NCBI GenBank assembly: GCA_016871275.1
Contig: VFZG01000016.1
Span: 2,045 to 66,044 of the forward strand
DNA from: Acidimicrobiia bacterium
GTDB taxonomy: Bacteria > Acidobacteriota > Vicinamibacteria > Vicinamibacterales > UBA2999
DNA length: 64,000 bases
Direction of reading: 5' to 3'
Below, piece by piece: positions 57,104-64,000 of the stretch. The notes under the pieces were generated by a model. That model was not told the origin of the DNA. It ran no database searches and was given only the letters and a program-made list of their open reading frames with translations. Made by a program: the position numbers and the translations under genes. How positions within the stretch are numbered: the stretch's first letter is position 1; each line of letters opens with the position of its first letter.

Positions 57104-59389
57104 GTGCTCGACGCCCTCTTTAGGTTTTTCTTCGGTCTCTCCCCGGTGGTGTTCGGTCAAGGGGAATTCCGATTCGCGGCCTCGACCGGGTCGTACATGG
57201 CGGCAGCGGCGGTGGCCGTTGCGGCGGCGCTGGCCGTGGTCGCCTACCGCAGCGGTCGCGGTCGCGCGCGCACGCGCGATCGGGTCGGTCTGACGGCGAT
57301 CCGCCTCGCCATCCTGGCCGTGCTGCTGGTCTGCATGTTCAGGCCGCTGCTGGTCGTGAAGGCCGCGGTCCCTCAACAGAACTTTCTCGGCGTTCTACTG
57401 GACGACTCGCGCAGCATGCAGATTGCCGACGTCGACGGCCAGCCGCGCTCGGCGTATGTGAAGAACGAGTTCGGTGCCGCCGATCGCGGGCTTTTGAAGA
57501 CGCTCTCCGAGCGTTTCACGGTCCGCACCTTCCGCTTCTCGAGCGCGCCGAGCCGCACGACGCAGGAAAGCGACCTGACATTTGGCGGATCGCAGTCCCG
57601 GCTCGGTGCGGCGCTGTCGGGCGTGCGCCAGGAACTGGCCGGCCTGCCGGTCGCCGGGCTGGTGATGATCAGCGACGGCGCCGACACGGCGGACGCCGCG
57701 CTGGGCGACGCGATTCTCGGATTGAAGGCCGAGGGGCTGCCGGTCTTCACGGTCGGCGTCGGCCGCGAAACGTTGCCTCGTGATATCCAGGTCGGGCGTG
57801 TCATCACGCCGAAGACCGCGCTCAAGGGCACGACGCTGATGGTAGACGTCGTGCTGTCGCAATCGGGATACGACGGGCGGCAGGTCACGCTCGACGTCGA
57901 AGACGAAGGCACGCTGGTCAGCACGCAGCAGGTGACGTTGCCGGATGCCGGCGCGCCGGCCTCGGTGCCGGTGCGCTTCACGATGAACGAGGCCGGGCCG
58001 CGGGTGCTGCGCTTCCGCGTGACGCCGCAGGAAGGCGAGCTGGTCATCGAGAACAACGCGCGCGAGGCGTTGATCGACGTCCGCGATCGCAAGGAGAAGG
58101 TGCTCTACTTCGAGGGCGAGCCGCGGTGGGAGTACAAGTTCATCCGCCGCGCGATTCCCGAAGACGACAACCTGATCGTCACCAGCCTGATTCGCACCGC
58201 CGACAACAAGTACATGCGCCAGGGCGTGGACCACGCCGACGAGCTGGTGTCGGCGTTCCCGAAGACGCGGGAAGAGCTGTTCGCGTACCGGTCGTTGATT
58301 CTCGGCAGCCTCGAGGCGGCGGCGCTGACCGGTGACCAGCTCAAGATGATTGCGGAGTTCGTCGATCGCCGCGGCGGCGGCCTGCTGATGCTCGGCGGCC
58401 CGCGATCGTTCGCCGAGGGCGGCTACGCCGGCACCGCCGTGGCCGACGTGCTGCCGGTGGTGCTCGATAGAGACCAGGTGATGGCCAAGGGCACGGTGAT
58501 GCGGCTGAGCGTCAAGCCGACGCGCGCCGGCGCGGCGACCGCCGTCACGCAGCTCGGCCCCGACGAAGCCAGGTCGGCCGAGCGCTGGAGCACGCTGCCG
58601 GGCGTCACCGCCGTGAACCGCGTCGACGCCGTGAAGCCGGGCGCGACCGTGCTGCTGACCGGCACCGACGAGTCGCGCGCCGAGCGGCCGATGCTGATCT
58701 TCCAGCGCTACGGACGCGGCAAGTCGTTTGCGTTCCTGCCGCAGGATTCCTGGATGTGGCAGATGCACTCGTCGGTCGCCGTCGAGGATCTGACCCACGA
58801 GAACTACTGGCGCCAGCTGCTGCGATGGCTGGTGGATGGCGTGCCCGATCAGGTGGAGCCGGCGCTGACGACCGAACGCGTCGAGCCGGGCGAAGCCGCC
58901 ACCCTCACCGCCGCCGTCGTCGATCCGTCGTTCGTCGAGTTGAACGACGCCGCCGTGATGGCGACCGTGACTGGTCCGGACGGCACGATCGTCGATATCC
59001 CGATGTCGTGGGACGGCGAAGAGGCGGGTTTGTATCACGCGTCGATCGCCACCAGGGCGCCGGGTTGGTACGAAGCGAAGATCGAAGCCACGCGCGACGG
59101 CAAGACCGTGGGGAGCGCCGTGACGCACTTCCGCGTCGCGCCGGGCGATGCCGAGTACTTCGATGCGACCATGCACGCGGCAACGCTGCGGCGCATTGCC
59201 GAGGAGACCGGCGGCCGCTTTTACGCTCCGTCGAGCACCGCGTCGCTGGCCGACGATCTGCGCTACACCGGTCGCGGTGTCACGACCGTCGAAGAACACG
59301 ACTTGTGGCACATGCCGATTGTGCTGATGCTGCTGGTCGGCCTGCTGTGCGCGGAATGGGGGTACCGGCGTGTCGTCGGCCTGGCCTGA
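57104..59389 (+). CDS. membrane protein with VWA-like and class-I glutamine-amidotransferase-like domains (Bat/MoxR-cluster component)
   Basis: 761 aa. N-terminal TM pair, VLLDDSRSM and MISDGADT (VWA MIDAS-like), KVLYFEGEPRWEYKFIRRAI...GGGLLMLGG (GATase1-like), C-terminal TM. GTG start with an AAGGAAA Shine-Dalgarno. Confidence 0.65.
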   Translation: MLDALFRFFFGLSPVVFGQGEFRFAASTGSYMAAAAVAVAAALAVVAYRSGRGRARTRDRVGLTAIRLAILAVLLVCMFRPLLVVKAAVPQQNFLGVLLDDSRSMQIADVDGQPRSAYVKNEFGAADRGLLKTLSERFTVRTFRFSSAPSRTTQESDLTFGGSQSRLGAALSGVRQELAGLPVAGLVMISDGADTADAALGDAILGLKAEGLPVFTVGVGRETLPRDIQVGRVITPKTALKGTTLMVDVVLSQSGYDGRQVTLDVEDEGTLVSTQQVTLPDAGAPASVPVRFTMNEAGPRVLRFRVTPQEGELVIENNAREALIDVRDRKEKVLYFEGEPRWEYKFIRRAIPEDDNLIVTSLIRTADNKYMRQGVDHADELVSAFPKTREELFAYRSLILGSLEAAALTGDQLKMIAEFVDRRGGGLLMLGGPRSFAEGGYAGTAVADVLPVVLDRDQVMAKGTVMRLSVKPTRAGAATAVTQLGPDEARSAERWSTLPGVTAVNRVDAVKPGATVLLTGTDESRAERPMLIFQRYGRGKSFAFLPQDSWMWQMHSSVAVEDLTHENYWRQLLRWLVDGVPDQVEPALTTERVEPGEAATLTAAVVDPSFVELNDAAVMATVTGPDGTIVDIPMSWDGEEAGLYHASIATRAPGWYEAKIEATRDGKTVGSAVTHFRVAPGDAEYFDATMHAATLRRIAEETGGRFYAPSSTASLADDLRYTGRGVTTVEEHDLWHMPIVLMLLVGLLCAEWGYRRVVGLA

Positions 59390-60137
59390 GCGGCGTCGAA
59401 GGGCCTGGCGCAGCGCGCTCGTCGCCGCGCTGGCGATGGCCGCCTCCGCCACGTCCATCGGCGCGAGAGATCCCAGAGTCGAATACGACGGCCGCCTGGC
59501 GTTCACGCGCATCCAGTACGGGGCGCAGGGCCTGACCTCCGGACGGTTTCGCCGCGAGCCAACCTGGGCCCACGACTTTCCGCGCGCGGACTTCCATTTC
59601 CTGAAGATTCTCGGCGAGCTGACCTACGTCAAGGCGGTGGTGGACGAAGGCAACGTGCTGAGGCTCGACGACCAGGAGCTGGGGAACTTTCCGGTGGCCT
59701 ACATGTCGGAGCCGGGATTCTGGCAGCCCAGTGACAGTGAAGTGGAGGGGCTGCGGTCGTACCTGCAGAAGGGCGGCTTCATCATCTTCGACGACTTTCG
59801 CGGCAACCATGTCGACAACCTGATCGACCAGATGCGCCGCGTGATGCCCGGCGCCAGGTTCCAGAAGCTGGACGCCACGCATCCGATCTTTCATTCGTTC
59901 TTCGAGATCAGCACCCTCGATCCACGCTCGGGCTACTACGCCGACGCCGGGGATACGGAGTGGCTGGGGATCTTCGAAGACAACGATCCGCGAAAGCGAT
60001 TGATTGCGATCGCGAACAACAACCATGATCTGGGCGAGCTCTGGGAATTCTCCGACACGGGCTACGTGCCGGTGGACTTATCGAACCAAGCGTATCAATT
60101 CGGCGTGAATTACGTGATCTACGCCCTGACCCACTGA
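59370..60137 (+). CDS. DUF4159 domain protein
   Basis: Signal-like N-terminus. FTRIQYG..., AHDFPRADFHFLKIL, FPVAYMSEPGFWQPSDSEVEGLRSYLQKGGFIIFDDF and HPIFHSFFEI match my recollection of DUF4159. Overlaps the upstream gene by 20 nt. Confidence 0.65.
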   Translation: MSSAWPERRRRAWRSALVAALAMAASATSIGARDPRVEYDGRLAFTRIQYGAQGLTSGRFRREPTWAHDFPRADFHFLKILGELTYVKAVVDEGNVLRLDDQELGNFPVAYMSEPGFWQPSDSEVEGLRSYLQKGGFIIFDDFRGNHVDNLIDQMRRVMPGARFQKLDATHPIFHSFFEISTLDPRSGYYADAGDTEWLGIFEDNDPRKRLIAIANNNHDLGELWEFSDTGYVPVDLSNQAYQFGVNYVIYALTH

Positions 60138-60146
60138 GGAGCATTC

Positions 60147-61169
60147 GTGGACACCATTGAGATGAACACTCCGGACGATGTGGCGCTGGCCGACCGCATG
60201 AAGGTCGGCCGCGACGCCATCATCAAGGAGCTCAAGAAGCTGATCGTCGGGCAGGACGACATCATCAACCAGGTCCTGCTGACGCTGTTCGTCGGCGGCA
60301 ACAGCCTGATCATCGGCGTGCCCGGCCTGGCCAAGACGCTGCTGATCCACACCATGGCGCGCGTGCTCGACCTGAAGTTCTCGCGCATCCAGTTCACGCC
60401 CGACCTGATGCCGTCGGACATCACCGGCACCGACATCATCCAGGAAGACGCCGCCACCGGCCGCCGCCAGATGGTGTTCTCGCCCGGGCCGATCTTCTGC
60501 AACATCCTGCTGGCCGACGAAATCAACCGCACGCCGCCGAAGACGCAGTCGGCACTGCTTGAAGCCATGCAGGAGCACCGCGTCACCATTCAGGGCCGCA
60601 CCTACAAGCTCGAAGAGCCGTTCTACGTATTCGCCACCCAGAACCCGATCGAGCTCGAGGGCACCTATCCGCTGCCTGAAGCGCAGCTCGATCGCTTCAT
60701 GTTCCACATCGTCATCGAGCATCCGCCCGAAGACGAGGAGTTCATGGTGGTGAAGACCACCACCGCGATTCTGGAGCCGCAGTTCGACAAGCCGGTGAGC
60801 GGTCCAGACCTGGTGGCGTTCCAGCGCCTGGTGCGCCGCGTGCCGGTGGCGGATCCGGTGATGCGCTACGCGCTCCAGCTGGTGCGCGCCAGCCGCCCGA
60901 ACAACGCGTTGTGCCCCGACCCGATCAAGAAGTGGATCGCATTCGGCGCCAGCGTACGTGCCGCGCAGTACCTGGTGCTGGCCGGCAAGGCGCGCGCGCT
61001 CACCAGCGGCCGCTTCCACGTCAGCTTCGACGACATTCGCGCCGTCGCGCACTCGGTGATGCGTCATCGCGTGCTGACCAACTTCCACGCGCAGTCGGAA
61101 GGGGTCACCACCGACTCGCTGATCGACAAGCTGCTCGAAGCGGTGCCCGTGCCCCGTTCAGGGATGTAA
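60147..61169 (+). CDS. moxR: MoxR-family AAA+ ATPase
   Basis: Walker A GVPGLAKT, Walker B LLADEINRTPPKTQSALLEAMQE, FATQNPIE. GAGGAG Shine-Dalgarno, GTG start. Confidence 0.9.
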   Translation: MDTIEMNTPDDVALADRMKVGRDAIIKELKKLIVGQDDIINQVLLTLFVGGNSLIIGVPGLAKTLLIHTMARVLDLKFSRIQFTPDLMPSDITGTDIIQEDAATGRRQMVFSPGPIFCNILLADEINRTPPKTQSALLEAMQEHRVTIQGRTYKLEEPFYVFATQNPIELEGTYPLPEAQLDRFMFHIVIEHPPEDEEFMVVKTTTAILEPQFDKPVSGPDLVAFQRLVRRVPVADPVMRYALQLVRASRPNNALCPDPIKKWIAFGASVRAAQYLVLAGKARALTSGRFHVSFDDIRAVAHSVMRHRVLTNFHAQSEGVTTDSLIDKLLEAVPVPRSGM

Positions 61170-61170
61170 C

Positions 61171-62076
61171 GTGGCGACTGGCACGTTCCCCGGCGCGCGG
61201 TTCATCGATCCCGTTGTCCTGTCGCGGATCGGCAGCCTTGAGCTGATTGCCAAAACCGTCGTCGACGGCCTGATCAACGGCACGCACCGCTCGCCGTTCT
61301 TCGGCGCGTCGGTGGACTTCGCCGAGCATCGCGGCTACGTGCCGGGCGACGACATTCGCCGCGTCGACTGGCGCGTCTACGCGCGCACCGACAAGTACTA
61401 CATCAAGGAATTCGAGGCCGATTCCAACGCCAACTTCACCGTGCTGCTCGATGTCTCGAAGTCGATGGGGTTCGGCTCGAAGATCTCGAAGCTGGACTAC
61501 GGCAAGACGCTGGCCGCGTGCCTGGCGTATCTCGCCAACAGCCAGCGCGATCGGGTCGGGTTGATCACGTTTGATGCCGCGGTGGTCGATCACATTCCTG
61601 CCTCCGCCAAGCATCTCGACGTGGTGCTGCACACGCTCAGTCGCGCCGCGCCGTCGCAGCCGGGCGAGCTGGTGGGGCCGCTGCGCAGGGTCGCGGAGCA
61701 CTTTGGACGACGCGGCATCATCGTCGTGATTTCCGATTTCTACGCGGAGCCGGAGGCGATCTTCCACGCGGTCGGACCGATCGTGCATCGCGGCAACGAC
61801 GTGGCGCTGTTCCACGTGATGGATCCGCAGGAGATCGACTTTTCCTTCAGCGAGGCGTCGAGCTTCGAGGACATGGAGAGCGGCGAGCAGATGCCGATCG
61901 TGCCGGGCAGGCTGGCCGACGATTATCGCGCGCTGGTGCGGGCGCACATCGACACCTTGAGCAAGAAGGCGTCGCAGCAGCCGGTCGACTACACGCTGCT
62001 GAACACCGGCCTGCCGCTCGACTACGCGCTGTTCCGCTTCCTGTCGATGCGGCAGCGCCTGGCGAGGACGAGGTAA
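61171..62076 (+). CDS. DUF58 domain protein (MoxR partner, VWA-like)
   Basis: FAEHRGYVPGDDIRRVDWRVYARTDKYYIKEFEAD and LLDVSKSM are typical DUF58 motifs. Starts 2 nt after the moxR stop. Confidence 0.85.
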   Translation: MATGTFPGARFIDPVVLSRIGSLELIAKTVVDGLINGTHRSPFFGASVDFAEHRGYVPGDDIRRVDWRVYARTDKYYIKEFEADSNANFTVLLDVSKSMGFGSKISKLDYGKTLAACLAYLANSQRDRVGLITFDAAVVDHIPASAKHLDVVLHTLSRAAPSQPGELVGPLRRVAEHFGRRGIIVVISDFYAEPEAIFHAVGPIVHRGNDVALFHVMDPQEIDFSFSEASSFEDMESGEQMPIVPGRLADDYRALVRAHIDTLSKKASQQPVDYTLLNTGLPLDYALFRFLSMRQRLARTR

Positions 62077-62081
62077 CACGC

Positions 62082-64000
62082 GTGTCCTTCCTTGCGCCGC
62101 TGTTCCTGGTCGGGCTGGCCGCGCTGGCGGTACCGATCCTCATTCACCTGACGCAGAAGGAGCGGAAGGCGGTCGTCGAGTTTCCGTCGCTGATGTTCCT
62201 GCGCAAGATCCCGTACGAGTCGGTGCAGCGGCGTCGCATTCGCGACTGGTTCCTGCTGGCGCTGCGGCTGGCGGCGATTGCGCTGATCGTGGCGGCGTTC
62301 TCGCGCCCGTTCGTGCGCGACTCGGCCATCGCCGCCACGCAGGGCGGAGCGCGCGACATCGTGGTGCTGCTCGACCGCTCCTACAGCATGGGTTACGGCA
62401 ACACCTGGTCGACGGCGCAGCGGCTCGCCGGCGAAGCGATTGGCGATGCCACGCCCGCTGATCGCATCTCGCTGGTGTTGTTCGCGGATGCCGCCGAAGT
62501 CGCGTTGCGATCCACGCCCGATCGGTCGCGCGCGGTCGCCGAGATCACCGCGGCGTCGCCGGGTTCGGGATCGACCAGGTTCGGGCCCGCGCTCAAATTG
62601 GCCGGCAGCCTGCTCGCCGAATCGCTGCTGCCGCGCCAGGAAGTGATCGTCGTCTCCGACTTCCAGCGCGCCGGCTGGCAGCCGGATGACACGCTGCGCA
62701 TGCCGGGCGGCACGACCATCAGGGCGGTGCCGGTCGGCGGCGCCGACGGCGCCAGCCTGGCGCTGACGCCGGTGGCGCTGCTGCGATCGCCCGTCGACAG
62801 GGCTCAGGGGCCACGCGGGCCCGGCCAGCCGGAGCGCGTGACGGTCACGGCCGGCGTGCTCAACCGCACGGCAACGCCGGCGACCGACGTGCCGATTGCC
62901 CTCGACGTCGATGGCCGAGTCGTGCAGGAGCTGAAGATCAGCGCCGGGCCGAACCAGTCGGCGACCATCTCGTTCGCGCCGCTGACCATCACCACGCCGA
63001 ACACCCGCGCGGTGGTGCGGCTCGGCACGCCGGGCCAGCCGGTTGACGCGCTGCCGCGCGACAACGTGTTCAACTTCGTGATCACGCCCTCGGCGCCCGT
63101 GCCGGTGATGGCGGTGTCGCACAGCGCGGCGGACGCGATGCTGTATCTGTCGCGGGCGCTGGCGATCGGCGACGCGCCGCGGTTCGAGGCCTCGATGCAA
63201 TCACCCGAGGCGCTGGCCGGCGACGCGATGAATCGCGCCCGCGTGATGCTGTTGAATGACGTCGCCGTTTCGGACGCGGTCGCGGCCAAGCTGATGGCGT
63301 TCGTCGAAGGCGGCGGCGGACTGCTGGTGGCGCTCGGTCCGCGCGCCTCCTGGCCCGCGTCACGCGCGCAGTGGCTGCCGGTGTCGATTGGACAGACCGT
63401 GGACCGCACGCGCGGCGCGCCGGCGCGCCTGAGTGGCATGGAGTTCGGCCACGCCGTGTTCGAGCCGTTCCGCGCCCCGCGCAGCGGCGATTTCTCGACC
63501 GCACGGTTTTATTCGTATCGCTCGTTGTCCGCCGCGAAGGATGCGAGCGTGCTCGCGCGCTTCGATACCGGTGAGCCCGCGCTGGTGGAACGGGCCGCGG
63601 GCCGCGGCCGCGTGCTGGTCTATGCCTCGACGCTCGACCTGAACTGGAACGACCTCGCGCTCAAGCCGATGTTCCTGCCGTTCGTGCACCAGATTGGCCG
63701 GCACCTCTCCGGATTCAAGGAACAGCCGGCGTGGTTGACGATTGGGCAGGTCCTGGATATCGATGCGGCCGAAGTCGCCGCCGGTGCCACGTCTGGCAGC
63801 GCGGCGCGCCGCGCCGGGGGCCGGACCATCCTGACGCCGGCCGGACAGCGCCGCGACCTTCCGGCTCCCGTCGTTGCCACGCCCGGCGGCACCGCGCCGC
63901 CGGTGACCGCCCTCGAACTGACCGAACAGGGCTTTTATGAGGTGCGCGGCGCGGGACGAGAGCCGGGACCACCGATCGTCGCGGCCAGCAACGTGGCCAT
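62082..64000 (+). CDS. BatA-type N-terminal double-TM / VWA domain protein (3' end outside the window)
   Basis: My own translation from the GTG at 62082: VSFLAPLFLVGLAALAVPILIHLTQKERKAVVEFPSLMFLRKIPYESVQRRRIRDWFLLALRLAAIALIVAAFSRPF (aerotolerance-regulator N-terminal domain), then VVLLDRSYSM (VWA). The frame stays open to the window end. It is absent from the ORF track because no stop is reached. Confidence 0.75.
   Translation, partial: MSFLAPLFLVGLAALAVPILIHLTQKERKAVVEFPSLMFLRKIPYESVQRRRIRDWFLLALRLAAIALIVAAFSRPFVRDSAIAATQGGARDIVVLLDRSYSMGYGNTWSTAQRLAGEAIGDATPADRISLVLFADAAEVALRSTPDRSRAVAEITAASPGSGSTRFGPALKLAGSLLAESLLPRQEVIVVSDFQRAGWQPDDTLRMPGGTTIRAVPVGGADGASLALTPVALLRSPVDRAQGPRGPGQPERVTVTAGVLNRTATPATDVPIALDVDGRVVQELKISAGPNQSATISFAPLTITTPNTRAVVRLGTPGQPVDALPRDNVFNFVITPSAPVPVMAVSHSAADAMLYLSRALAIGDAPRFEASMQSPEALAGDAMNRARVMLLNDVAVSDAVAAKLMAFVEGGGGLLVALGPRASWPASRAQWLPVSIGQTVDRTRGAPARLSGMEFGHAVFEPFRAPRSGDFSTARFYSYRSLSAAKDASVLARFDTGEPALVERAAGRGRVLVYASTLDLNWNDLALKPMFLPFVHQIGRHLSGFKEQPAWLTIGQVLDIDAAEVAAGATSGSAARRAGGRTILTPAGQRRDLPAPVVATPGGTAPPVTALELTEQGFYEVRGAGREPGPPIVAASNVA

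Overview
GC-rich (roughly two-thirds G+C by eye) bacterial chromosomal segment. Gene content looks Acidobacteriota-like: three ~1000-aa carboxypeptidase-regulatory-domain TonB-dependent receptors, a VWFA-related secreted protein and a TolB-propeller/amidohydrolase fusion. This placement is inference from protein architectures only. I call about 58 protein-coding genes, tightly packed, mostly housekeeping or scavenging. They include a nucleoside salvage cluster (deoA fragment, nupC, punA, cdd) followed by mtnA and tsaD; a duplicated ABC-2 exporter module; thiolase and hbd; folE; DUF485-actP; agmatinase, PhoD and a TBDR; a DmpA/M20/class-III aminotransferase cluster; ilvE; and a MoxR-DUF58-BatA-DUF4159 operon that runs off the 3' edge. 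I found no rRNA, tRNA, CRISPR array, transposase or integrase. Points worth a second look: (1) a 694-aa radical SAM enzyme whose N-terminal CPxC...CPxHGH module and CX3CX2C motif resemble archaeal tetraether lipid synthase Tes/GDGT-MAS, a candidate membrane-spanning-lipid synthase; (2) a dispersed family of short tandem 7-8 nt repeats sitting on gene boundaries, once in-frame inside a CDS, once as a palindromic terminator, and flanking gene blocks; (3) nine start codons preceded at exactly 6-7 nt by a TAnnnT hexamer and no Shine-Dalgarno, implying frequent leaderless transcription, including an unannotated small ORF coupled to DUF485-actP; (4) three decayed genes: a receiver-like ORF with an in-frame TAG next to a PilZ gene, a PhzF remnant broken at a G6 tract, and a WcaF-like acetyltransferase remnant. 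Product calls come from recognised motifs in the supplied translations. No database search was run. Many long ORFs in the track are GC-driven antisense shadows and were discarded.
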